Part shown: positions 36,864 to 45,016 of the stretch, piece by piece
Numbering within the stretch: the stretch's first letter is position 1
Layout of the letters: the number at the start of each line of letters is the position of its first letter
Assembly: GCA_041667205.1 (NCBI GenBank)
Contig: JBAYFL010000009.1
Span: 106,732 to 170,731 of the forward strand
DNA: 64,000 nt
Direction: 5' to 3'
DNA from: Verrucomicrobiia bacterium
GTDB lineage: Bacteria; Verrucomicrobiota; Verrucomicrobiia; CAIQCK01
Made by a program: the position numbers and the translations under genes
The notes under the pieces: generated by a model
The model's database searches: none
Told to the model about the DNA's origin: nothing
Seen by the model: only the letters and a program-made list of their open reading frames with translations

Positions 36864-37335
36864 AGCCGCACCCAAGCCTACGACCTCAACCATTCGTTAT
36901 GCGCACACCAGCCTCGTTGTCAACGACTGGCGGAGGATGGTGAGGTTTTATTGCGAGGTGTTTGGCTGCGTTCCTGTTGGCGGCGAGCGCGACCGAAAAG
37001 GTCCGGAGCTGGATGCGCTTACAGGCGTAAAAGACAACGGCGTTCAGGGTCGTCATCTGCGCCTGCCCGGTCACGATGAGAACGGTCCCACGCTTGAAAT
37101 CTTCCAATTCAAGAAGAACGACTCCGCACAGCCGCCGTCACTGATGCGAGTGGGCTTCTCGCATCTGGCGTTTGAGGTGCCGGACATCGAGGCGAAGCGG
37201 AAAGAGATTCAGAAGTGGGGCGGCAAAGACTACGCCCAGCTTGTGACTCTTGATGTTCCCGGCGAGGGGAAGCTGACGGTGATCTACGTCTGCGACCCGG
37301 AGGGGAATATCATCGAGTTGCAGGAGTGGCACTAA
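36856..37335 (+). CDS. VOC/glyoxalase-family protein
   Basis: HTSLVVNDWRRMVRFYCEVFG ... GFSHLAFEVPDIEA ... DPEGNIIELQEW, the typical paired beta-alpha-beta-beta-beta module signature. Confidence 0.75.
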   Translation: MSKAAPKPTTSTIRYAHTSLVVNDWRRMVRFYCEVFGCVPVGGERDRKGPELDALTGVKDNGVQGRHLRLPGHDENGPTLEIFQFKKNDSAQPPSLMRVGFSHLAFEVPDIEAKRKEIQKWGGKDYAQLVTLDVPGEGKLTVIYVCDPEGNIIELQEWH

Positions 37336-37361
37336 GACTTGGCTCGAAACCGAGATTGGCG

Positions 37362-37443
37362 CTGTAGCGGCGGTCTCTGACCGCCGAAATTCTCCGCGAG
37401 ATAACAGTCGGCGGTCGGAGACCGCCGCTACAGTTTCGTCCGT
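37362..37443. repeat. REPIN-like element between convergent genes (possible bidirectional terminator)
   Basis: CTGTAGCGGCGGTCTCTGACCGCCGA ... TCGGCGGTCGGAGACCGCCGCTACAG. The arms are complementary with 1 mismatch and each arm is itself a hairpin (CGGCGGTC/GACCGCCG). Confidence 0.7.
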
Positions 37444-37476
37444 GTTAAAACCGTTTCCGCTTTGAACAACTGCGGT

Positions 37477-38499
37477 TCAAAACTGTCGCGACCGCAACGC
37501 CATCTCCAACTGCCGAAGATCCTTCGGCAGTTCCGCGGTCCAACTCATGCGTTTGCCGGGATGGGCCGGGTGTTCAAGACTGAGGACTTCGGCGTGCAAC
37601 GCCTGCCGGGGGAATTCAATGGGCGTCCTTGCGCCCTCCCGTCCGCGATAGGCCGGGTTATACATCCGGTCACCGATCAACGGGAGTCCGGCGAAGGCGG
37701 CTTGCACCCGGATTTGATGCTTCCGGCCGGTCTCCAGCCGTAGCCGTAGCTTCGTGACGAACCCTTTGCCGCCGCGGAGCGGATACTCGGCGATGACTTT
37801 GTAGTGCGTGATGGCTTCCTGCGCCCCGGAGTCGGGAGCTTTAGCCACCGTTTCGGACAGGACCTGCTGGCGCAGTTCGTCCTCGCTCAACTTTAGCCAT
37901 TGCCCCCAGGTGCCTTCGGGTGCGCGCGCGCGTCCCTCCACAAAGGCCACGTATTCCCGCTTCATCGTGTGAGCCTTGAGCTGCTCAATGAGGTGGTGGC
38001 GGGCGGGGGGACTTGTCGCAATGCAAAAAACGCCGCTCGTATGCTGGTCGAGGCGGTGAACGGGCAGGGGTTCCAGCTTGCGATAGGCAGGCGGCAATGT
38101 TCTTCCCGCGACGCCGCGGTCCTGCGCTCTTAGTTTCCCCACCAGAAAGTCGGCGAGAATGCTTAGCGCGGAGATATCGCAGTTCGGCGCGGGCACGGAG
38201 ATGAGGCCCGGCCCTTTGTTGACGATGGCGAGCGCGGTGTCCAGAAAGAGCAGCGAAACGCGCGGATGAATCTGCCACCCGGAACCGCAGTCCAACGTGC
38301 TGGCGCGGCGGCCGCCCAGTTCCAGCGTTTCGCCCGGATCCGGGATGACCTGATGCGGTTTGCGGATGATGACGCCGTTCACGCTGACCCGTCCTGCGGC
38401 GATCCATTGCTTGGCGCGGGTCTTTGGCGTGTCGGGAAAACCCCGCAGCAGCCAATTCAACAACGGGGCGGTTTTAGTTTCCGTTATGTTTTCGCTCAT
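37477..38499 (-). CDS. RluA-family pseudouridine synthase with S4 domain
   Basis: S4-like [19 protein letters not shown], catalytic motif [17 protein letters not shown]-terminal GRKHQIRVQ and LHA. Confidence 0.85.
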   Translation of the reverse strand: MSENITETKTAPLLNWLLRGFPDTPKTRAKQWIAAGRVSVNGVIIRKPHQVIPDPGETLELGGRRASTLDCGSGWQIHPRVSLLFLDTALAIVNKGPGLISVPAPNCDISALSILADFLVGKLRAQDRGVAGRTLPPAYRKLEPLPVHRLDQHTSGVFCIATSPPARHHLIEQLKAHTMKREYVAFVEGRARAPEGTWGQWLKLSEDELRQQVLSETVAKAPDSGAQEAITHYKVIAEYPLRGGKGFVTKLRLRLETGRKHQIRVQAAFAGLPLIGDRMYNPAYRGREGARTPIEFPRQALHAEVLSLEHPAHPGKRMSWTAELPKDLRQLEMALRSRQF

Positions 38500-38773
38500 T
38501 AGATGCCTTAGCCGCTTCCCGGCGCCGCTTCATTTCTCCTGCGACGAACATTTCCTCCACCTTCTGGCGCGCCCAGGGATTCTTCCGCAGAAACTTGAGG
38601 CTGGAATTCACGGTCGGCTCGAACATGAAACAGCGGATCGGGATGCGATCCGCCATCCTGCCCCAACCATACCACGCCACCAGTTGCTTGATGATGCTCT
38701 CCAGCGTCACCCCGTGCAAAGGATCGCGCGAAGGCGGACGAGGCGATGGCGGCTGGGAATTCTCAGTGCTCAT
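38474..38773 (-). CDS. DUF2132/VF530-family small protein
   Basis: [60 protein letters not shown] matches my memory of the DUF2132 consensus. ATG 38773 is preferred over TTG 38794. The 3' end overlaps the pseudouridine synthase start by 26 nt. Confidence 0.7.
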   Translation of the reverse strand: MSTENSQPPSPRPPSRDPLHGVTLESIIKQLVAWYGWGRMADRIPIRCFMFEPTVNSSLKFLRKNPWARQKVEEMFVAGEMKRRREAAKASNERKHNGN

Positions 38774-38790
38774 TTGGAGGCAACAAACAC

Positions 38791-39054
38791 TCAACCGAAA
38801 AGATTATCGAACTCGTTATGTGTGCCTACCCAGACCCAGGTGATGCTGTCGCCGTGACGTTCGCCGATGGCGCGGTATTGCTCGTTGATGCGGACAGACC
38901 AGACGTGGTCGTAACCGCCGAGTTTCTTGAAACGGAGCGAAGGGTGGTCGGGGTTTTGCGCGAAGAGCGCGTAAGCACGACGCGCAGCCTTGCGGTTGGT
39001 TTCGTTCAACCCCGCATAAGCCCGCCAGAAACTCGGCCGCGTGCGCGAGTTCAC
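38791..39054 (-). CDS. RelE/ParE-superfamily type II toxin
   Basis: 87 aa. The GTG start overlaps the antitoxin stop (GTGA). Block [47 protein letters not shown] is typical of this toxin fold. Confidence 0.65.
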   Translation of the reverse strand: MNSRTRPSFWRAYAGLNETNRKAARRAYALFAQNPDHPSLRFKKLGGYDHVWSVRINEQYRAIGERHGDSITWVWVGTHNEFDNLFG

Positions 39055-39269
39055 AGGCGCTTCGGGTCGAGAGGTTCGTCACCCTCGGCGGCGGATTCGC
39101 GAAGGAAACTGTCCAGCTTCGGTCGCGACTGCGGATAGGCAAGCCGGCGCTCCCACGCTTCATCATCCTGACGGGCGAGGAGAAACCGGGCGAAGTCAAC
39201 CACCTCGGACTGCTTGTCCGCCGGCAGGGCTTCGCAAACCCGGATGATTTCCTCGGTGGTTCTGCTCAT
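39051..39269 (-). CDS. antitoxin (DUF2281-like)
   Basis: 72 aa, directly upstream of the toxin and overlapping it. ALPADKQSEVVDFARFLLARQ resembles the DUF2281 antitoxin motif. Confidence 0.55.
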   Translation of the reverse strand: MSRTTEEIIRVCEALPADKQSEVVDFARFLLARQDDEAWERRLAYPQSRPKLDSFLRESAAEGDEPLDPKRL

Positions 39270-39331
39270 GACAATTTAATAACGTCAAATCGTGGGAAAC
39301 TCAAGCCGGTTTGGTTCCATCTCCGTCCCGA

Positions 39332-39730
39332 TCACTTCTCAATGCCGAGCAATTCCACCTCGAAGATCAACGGGCTGTTCGCGGGGATATCCGGGCTGGG
39401 GCTTCGCTCGCCGTAGGCCAGATTGGCCGGGATGAACAACGTCCACTTGTCGCCCACCTTCATCAACTGCAATGCCTCCACCCATCCCTTGATCACGCGA
39501 TTGACCGGGAACGAGATGGATTGGCCGCGCTCGACCGAACTGTCAAAGACCGTCCCGTTCGTCAACGTGCCGTGGTAATGCACCTTCACCGTATCCGTCG
39601 GTTTTGGCGTCGCGCCCGTGCCGGACTTGATGACCTTGTATTGCAGACCGCTGGCGGTGGTCTTCACGCCTTCCTTTTTGGCGTTCTCCACGAGGAAGGC
39701 TTCGGCGGCCAGGATGGATGCTGGTTTCAT
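39332..39730 (-). CDS. FKBP-type peptidyl-prolyl isomerase, no signal peptide
   Basis: ATG at 39730 ([12 protein letters not shown]..). [62 protein letters not shown]. Confidence 0.85.
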   Translation of the reverse strand: MKPASILAAEAFLVENAKKEGVKTTASGLQYKVIKSGTGATPKPTDTVKVHYHGTLTNGTVFDSSVERGQSISFPVNRVIKGWVEALQLMKVGDKWTLFIPANLAYGERSPSPDIPANSPLIFEVELLGIEK

Positions 39731-39831
39731 AGTGTTGTCAGATTGATATGGATGTTGTTTGATGCGCGGAAAATCAGCGGAGTCAGCCGCCCCGGACAGC
39801 TTGTCCGCCGGCAGGGCATTCTCCGTCCCGA

Positions 39832-40326
39832 TCACTTCTCGATGCCGAGCAGTTCCACTTCGAAGAGCAGGATGCTGTTCGGCGGAATCTGCGGGCTGGG
39901 GCTTTGCTCGCCGTAGGCCAGCTTGGCTGGGATGAACAACTTCCACTTGTCGCCCACCTTCATCAGTTGCAGCGCCTCGGTCCATCCCGCGATCACGCCG
40001 CTGACCGGAAACGAGATCGGTTCACCGCGCTCCACCGAACTGTCAAAGACCGTCCCGTTGGTCAACGTGCCGTGGTAATGAACCTTCACCCCGTCCGTCA
40101 GCTTCGGCGTCGCGCCCGTGCCGGACTTGATCACCTTGTATTGCAGGCCGCTGGCCGTCGTCTTCACGCCTTCCTTCTTGGCGTTCTCCGCGAGGAAATC
40201 GCCGCCGGTGGCGAGCTTTGTGTCGGGCGCCGCATCGGATTTCTTTTCCGCAACCGCCGGTTCTTCTTTCACGCCGCAACCTGCGACCAAGCCGAGAGCG
40301 AGTGTCAGGATCAAAATGTGTTTCAT
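39832..40326 (-). CDS. FKBP-type peptidyl-prolyl isomerase, lipoprotein
   Basis: ATG at 40326 gives the lipobox signal [17 protein letters not shown]. The FKBP core is near-identical to the 39332-39730 copy. Confidence 0.85.
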   Translation of the reverse strand: MKHILILTLALGLVAGCGVKEEPAVAEKKSDAAPDTKLATGGDFLAENAKKEGVKTTASGLQYKVIKSGTGATPKLTDGVKVHYHGTLTNGTVFDSSVERGEPISFPVSGVIAGWTEALQLMKVGDKWKLFIPAKLAYGEQSPSPQIPPNSILLFEVELLGIEK

Positions 40327-40517
40327 AGATTTGTTCGACTGCATTGATTGTTTTTCGGTGCGCGGAGAATCAGCCAAGCCGGCCACAAGGTCAAGCTGGG
40401 AACGCGAGGGCAGATGGCAGCTTCCCTCTTGCCCCTCGCGGACTCCCGCCATACACTCCGCACCACGATATTCACCAACAGCTGGGACTATGCCAACGGC
40501 TTCACCGGACGAACAAA

Positions 40518-42284
40518 ATGAGCACAACGGCAAACTTCAGAGTTGATCCACGGCTTGCTTCGATTCTTGGGGAAAGCTACCGCAGCAGTGAATACGCGCT
40601 GAAGGAACTGATTGATAATGCTTGGGACGCAGAGGCGACTGAAGTTCGCGTCACGCTGCCAATAATTCTATCTGATGATCCAATTACTTTGGAAGACAAC
40701 GGCAGCGGGATGAAGCCAACCGAAGTGCGCAATGAATATCTCAACATCGCCAACCCGCGATGGACCAGGAAAGGCGAAAAGACACCTAACAAACAACGTT
40801 TGGTTAAGGGCAGACGCGGTGTCGGGAAATTTGCCGGTTTGATCTTGGCTTCGCGAATGGATTTGGAAACCACGGCGTTTGGCACCATGACCAGTATCAC
40901 CGTGGACAAGGAACAATTGCTGCATGCAACTAAGGACTTGGAGCAAGTTCAGCTCCCTTTTTCAACGCAGACAGCCAGCTCATCAAAGAGCGGGACAAAG
41001 ATCGTGTTGTCAAAGCTGAACGCAAACCTAAACCTTCCACAGCCAGATCGGTTGAAACAAGTTTTGGCCCAAGACTACGGACGCGAAACCGACTTCGCTA
41101 TTTTTGTCAATGGAGAGCGCGTATTCGCTTTTGATGTGCCGGGCTCAAAATTTGAGTGTGACGTAAAACTGCCCAACGGCCAGACAGCAAAAGCAACTTA
41201 TACAGTCGCCGACAAACCATTACCGGCAAAGCAAGCGGGTGTTGTTCTGCGACAAGGCGGAAAGACGATCGGCAAAGCACACTTTTTCGGTCTGGAAAAT
41301 AAAGATGAGTTGTCCGACCGCCTGCGCCGCAGAATCGTGGGTGAAGTTAATGTGCCTCCAGACACTATTGAATTAACAGCCGCTGGTGGTGACGTAATCG
41401 AGAGCGATAAGTCCTTTGAGCATCTCGTCAATGAACTGAGCAAACAGTTTGAGGGCAGTCTCACCCAGACGCACACGCGTGAGGTAAATCTTGCGAAGGG
41501 ACGATGGAAACAGCAAATGGAGCGTCGCTTGCTGAATGTTCCGGAACATAGGCGAGGCATCATCGAACAAAGGATGAACCGCCTCATTTCGCGTGCGTAT
41601 CAAGAAGGGGAAAAGGAGGAGCGCATCAGCACGCTCGTGGACTTGGTGTTGGATGCATTGGAGCACGACGAGTATTGGACTGTATGCAATGAGCTTCACG
41701 ACACTGACCGTGCCGATGTTATGCACTTGGCGGATGCCCTTTTGGAGTTTGGTCTCTGCGACTTGGCGTTTATGGGGCGGCAAGCTAAGAGTCGTCTCGA
41801 TTTTCTGAAGTCTTTGGATTTGCTAGCTCGCAACCCGGGCACGCTTGAAAAGCAAATGCACAAAGCGATTGAGAAGAATCTCTGGGTCTTCGGTCCGCAA
41901 TACAGCTTGATGTCCAGCAATCAGCAATTGGAAACGATAGCTCAAGAGTGTGGGAAGAAAGTGACACCTGATGCAAGCAACCGAACTCGACCGGATTTGT
42001 TGCTATCTCAAGACGGTTTTCAAAGCCGGCTCTTAGTCGAGTTCAAGCGCCCAGACTATGAAGTGGGGCGTGACGACGAGACGCAGGCAAAGAAATATGC
42101 AGATTGGTTAAAGTCGCGGCTTCAATTGTCCGTTGATATTGTTGTCATAGGCGGAACGACCGACCCGTCGTTATGTGAGGAATACACAGGCAAGAGGACG
42201 CAGTTCAGCAGTTATGCCAAAGTGATTGCTGATGCGCAGGCGGCATTGGATTGGATGCTTACTCAATTGGCTTCTCGGAAATAA
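40518..42284 (+). CDS. GHKL-type ATPase fused to Shedu-like (DUF4263-type) PD-(D/E)xK nuclease domain
   Basis: AT-richer than the flanks. The GHKL N-box is [10 protein letters not shown]1 is EDNGSGM and G2 is [10 protein letters not shown]. The C-terminus reads [13 protein letters not shown]...[26 protein letters not shown]...[11 protein letters not shown] (D...ExK plus Q..Y). ATG 40518 is preferred over the listed start at 40344. Confidence 0.75.
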   Translation: MSTTANFRVDPRLASILGESYRSSEYALKELIDNAWDAEATEVRVTLPIILSDDPITLEDNGSGMKPTEVRNEYLNIANPRWTRKGEKTPNKQRLVKGRRGVGKFAGLILASRMDLETTAFGTMTSITVDKEQLLHATKDLEQVQLPFSTQTASSSKSGTKIVLSKLNANLNLPQPDRLKQVLAQDYGRETDFAIFVNGERVFAFDVPGSKFECDVKLPNGQTAKATYTVADKPLPAKQAGVVLRQGGKTIGKAHFFGLENKDELSDRLRRRIVGEVNVPPDTIELTAAGGDVIESDKSFEHLVNELSKQFEGSLTQTHTREVNLAKGRWKQQMERRLLNVPEHRRGIIEQRMNRLISRAYQEGEKEERISTLVDLVLDALEHDEYWTVCNELHDTDRADVMHLADALLEFGLCDLAFMGRQAKSRLDFLKSLDLLARNPGTLEKQMHKAIEKNLWVFGPQYSLMSSNQQLETIAQECGKKVTPDASNRTRPDLLLSQDGFQSRLLVEFKRPDYEVGRDDETQAKKYADWLKSRLQLSVDIVVIGGTTDPSLCEEYTGKRTQFSSYAKVIADAQAALDWMLTQLASRK

Positions 42285-42527
42285 TACTAGATGTCCCGCC
42301 ACTGAAGGTTTTGGAAGAGTAGGGAGGGGACGTCGAGGAACGGGCGTAGAATGAAGAGTTTATGGCAGAACGTAAGGTTCCTCGGGGCCAGTGTAACGAG
42401 TCTCTGGCCGGAGGCGCGCATCGCCGACTGTAGCGGCAGCCTCGTGCGGGCGGTTGTGCGGTGAAGGGGGATGGTTATTTGCACAGTCCCAACGGGATTC
42501 TCTTCGCTGCGGCGGGCGGGATGGTTG

Positions 42528-42821
42528 CTACCTTATCTCGTAAACAGGCTGCGATGATTTCGAGTATTCGTAGATATACTTTCCACGGATGTCATACTTG
42601 GGCTGGTTGCCGTTGGGGTAGTCGTAAATGATACTCCCTTTGATCTCATAGCTGGCCTGCGCGCCGCTGGGGTAGGCATAGATCAGGTTTCCACGGATTT
42701 CGTATTTCGGCTGTGAGCCGTTGGGAAACGCGTAGATTCGACCTCCGCTGGCCTGGCCTTCAGCCAACAGCGGCAGGACAAGGAGGAGAGACATGAGCAG
42801 GCGGCTGATGAATGTTTTCAT
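42528..42821 (-). CDS. secreted miniprotein of four 18-aa repeats
   Basis: Signal MKTFISRLLMSLLLVLPLLAEGQA followed by GGRIYAFPNGSQPKYEIR / GNLIYAYPSGAQASYEIK / GSIIYDYPNGNQPKYDIR / GKYIYEYSKSSQPVYEIR. AT-richer than the flanks. Confidence 0.6.
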   Translation of the reverse strand: MKTFISRLLMSLLLVLPLLAEGQASGGRIYAFPNGSQPKYEIRGNLIYAYPSGAQASYEIKGSIIYDYPNGNQPKYDIRGKYIYEYSKSSQPVYEIR

Positions 42822-42977
42822 GGGTGTGCATCCGGTGACGTGGATGGAATGAGGCCAGCAAGTAAGGTTCAATTCATTACGTTCGCACTGCTGCGCAAAA
42901 CACTCCAAACCGACAGTGGTATTATCGCCCCACATGGGAGGCTTAGCAAGGCGGGGCGACCGGGAGCCGCCGCGCGA

Positions 42978-43076
42978 AGCGTTGTAGTGGCGGCCGTCTC
43001 GGCCGCAACGCTGAAGTGGTTTACTGGATTGCGCAGACGAAAAGGCGGTCGGCCGAGACGGCCGACTCTACAACGC
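42978..43076. repeat. REPIN-like element downstream of radical SAM gene
   Basis: GCGTTGTAGTGGCGGCCGTCTCGGCCGC ... GGTCGGCCGAGACGGCCGACTCTACAACGC. It has GTAG/CTAC heads and each arm is a hairpin (GGCCGTCTCGGCC, GGCCGAGACGGCC). Confidence 0.65.
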
Positions 43077-43084
43077 GCGCGCTG

Positions 43085-44506
43085 TCAGATCGTGCTGGCG
43101 TCGAACGCGGTCTTCGTGCCCTTGTCCCAGCCGTCCCAGAGGAAGGCGGAGTCCTTGCCATCGGCGATGAGGCGGAGGGCGTAACGGACCTGCTCCTCGT
43201 AGAACTCGCAGAACGCGCCGAGCTGTTTCATGCCGCCGTTCATCTCGTGGGCTTCGGCGGGGCAGGGGGAGCCACAGAAATGGCGGATGGCGCAACGGTC
43301 GCACGGCTCGATGTCTTCCACCTTCCGGCCGGTGACCATCGCGAACGGTTCGGTGGTAAGCACCTGCGGGATGGAGTCCTTGAAGAGGTTGCCGCCCTTG
43401 AATTGGGGCAGGCCAATGAACTCGCTGCACGGGAAGAGATCGCCGTTCGGCGCGACGGCGAAGAAGCAACGGCCGCCGCCGCAGGGAGAGATGTCGCACA
43501 TGAGCCGGCGCGCGGTGGGCGCGATGATGCCGACGAGGATGTTGGCGAAGTTGGCGACGATGAGCTTGCGGCCCGTGCGCTTGTAAAGTTCGTAGGTCCG
43601 GTCGAGCGCGGCGGTGAAGTATTTGGCGGCGTCGGCGTCGCGGGGTTTCACCTTGCGCGAGGAGGGCAGGGTGCAGCGGAGGATGTTCAACATGCACGCC
43701 GGCACCTCCTGCTTGTGGAAGAAGTCCACGATCTTGACGAGATGCCGCATGTTCTCCGTCGTGACGGTGCAGATGACGTTGTAGCCGTGGTAGCCGCGCA
43801 GTTTGTCCATCGCGCGGGTGACGTGTTCGAACGCGCCGCGACCTTCCCATGTCTTGCGCGTGCGGTTGGCGATGGAGGCTTCATGGCCGTCGAGCGAGAG
43901 GCCGATGCCGACGCCGCGAGACGTCAGGAACTCAATCGCGCTGTCGTCGAGGAACGTGGCGTTGGTCTGAACGCCGAAGCGGAAGTCTTTGCCGAACTTC
44001 TCGATGCCGGCGAAGACGGCTTCGCGGGCCAGGAGCGGCTCGGAGCCGTGGAAAACGATCTGCGGCAGACGGCCCTTGGGAACGGTGGTCTTGAAATAGG
44101 CCTTCAACCGCGCGAGCGCGTCGAGCAACTGTGCGGTGGTCATCTGCGGACCGCTGCGGCGCATCGGTTCCGGGATGTAACAGTAGGTGCAGTTGAGGTT
44201 GCAGCGGGCGGTCGGATTGAAATAGACGGCGGAAGGTTTCAGGCCGAAACGAAGCATCCGCATCTCCTCGGCGAACGTCTTGGACTTCTTCCTGTAGGCG
44301 CGGAGCAGGGGACTGTCGTTCAACGCGTCGCCAAGCTGGTCGCGGCGGACCAGCGACCAAAACGCGGTGTCGGGATCCACCAGCGCGACATGGGTCGCGT
44401 GGCCGATCTCGACGGGCTGAATTGTGGGACCGTTGCCCGTGTTGACAAAGCGGCCCCGGGATGGAGCCGCTTTGTCAACAGCCTTGGGAATTCTGTCGTT
44501 CTTCAT
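43085..44506 (-). CDS. radical SAM/SPASM domain peptide-maturase-like enzyme
   Basis: The radical SAM cluster motif is CNLNCTYC. The full SPASM pattern is present: CFFAVAPNGDLFPC, then CDRCAIRHFCGSPC (Cx2Cx5Cx3C), then a later FCEFY. An N-terminal extension of about 95 aa precedes the cluster motif. The ATG at 44506 shares one base with the stop of the upstream small ORF. Confidence 0.85.
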   Translation of the reverse strand: MKNDRIPKAVDKAAPSRGRFVNTGNGPTIQPVEIGHATHVALVDPDTAFWSLVRRDQLGDALNDSPLLRAYRKKSKTFAEEMRMLRFGLKPSAVYFNPTARCNLNCTYCYIPEPMRRSGPQMTTAQLLDALARLKAYFKTTVPKGRLPQIVFHGSEPLLAREAVFAGIEKFGKDFRFGVQTNATFLDDSAIEFLTSRGVGIGLSLDGHEASIANRTRKTWEGRGAFEHVTRAMDKLRGYHGYNVICTVTTENMRHLVKIVDFFHKQEVPACMLNILRCTLPSSRKVKPRDADAAKYFTAALDRTYELYKRTGRKLIVANFANILVGIIAPTARRLMCDISPCGGGRCFFAVAPNGDLFPCSEFIGLPQFKGGNLFKDSIPQVLTTEPFAMVTGRKVEDIEPCDRCAIRHFCGSPCPAEAHEMNGGMKQLGAFCEFYEEQVRYALRLIADGKDSAFLWDGWDKGTKTAFDASTI

Positions 44507-44619
44507 TACTTGGACTTCTTGTCCATCAGGATGTAGTGCGACAGGCCCGTGCCTTCGGCTTGGCAGCACTTCCGGCGGGCGATCACGTTCTTCAGTTGTT
44601 TCTTCGCTACTTTCTTCAT
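44506..44619 (-). CDS. putative 37-aa precursor peptide MKKVAKKQLKNVIARRKCCQAEGTGLSHYILMDKKSK
   Basis: ATG 44619 is preceded by GAAAGGAAC (8-nt spacer after AAGGA). The stop TAA overlaps the radical SAM ATG (TAATG). It has a basic N-terminal half, then a CC pair. It is below the size most gene callers keep. Confidence 0.45.
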   Translation of the reverse strand: MKKVAKKQLKNVIARRKCCQAEGTGLSHYILMDKKSK

Positions 44620-45016
44620 CGTGCGTTCCTTTCGTTGTTCCACTGAAACAAAAAGGCTCCGACAGACCACGCGGGTCCATCGGAACCTTTTTCCATCAGA
44701 TTCCATTTTGTTTCGGCCGTAACAGCAGGTCTTCTGGCTTTCGGATCAACCGCTCGGTCACTGCCTTCCCGTCCTTTTCGGACAGTGGCTGGCTTTTCGC
44801 CCAGTGACCGGCGTCCCCGATTACAGCGGCGGGACCGCCACGGCATCAAACCGTGTTCCGGGATGCTGAACTTCGGGGATGTATTTACCAGCGATGGCGG
44901 GCGGATGGAAGAAAAAACTCATGGGTTCGCGAAAGAGGTTTGCGGAAAAGGATTGTTCCACGCCGGGGTTTCTCCTAGTTTTTGGGCCACTCGTTTTCAT
45001 CGACAGAAAGGAACGC

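Noticed and set aside
39731-39985. Long N-terminal extensions of the FKBP genes (listed ORFs 39332-39985 and 39832-40533) and of the GHKL gene (listed start 40344).
   Set aside because: The extensions read through duplicated leader DNA or overlap the neighbouring gene on the opposite strand, and they add low-complexity residues. Internal ATGs at 39730, 40326 and 40518 give sensible N-termini: a cytoplasmic FKBP, a lipobox signal, and the start of the GHKL domain.
43085-44506. The radical SAM/SPASM enzyme as the anaerobic sulfatase-maturating enzyme for the six sulfatases.
   Set aside because: anSMEs normally have the CxxxCxxC motif within the first 30 residues or so and no coupled peptide gene. 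This enzyme has a leader of about 95 aa and a TAATG-coupled 37-aa ORF, and it is 10 kb or more from the sulfatases on the other strand. I keep it only as an alternative hypothesis.
44506-44706. The 66-aa version of the small ORF upstream of the radical SAM gene, starting at 44706.
   Set aside because: No ribosome-binding-like sequence precedes 44706, whereas ATG 44619 has GAAAGGAAC upstream. The extra N-terminal 29 aa look like read-through of the leader region. I prefer the 37-aa form, but the start is unverified.
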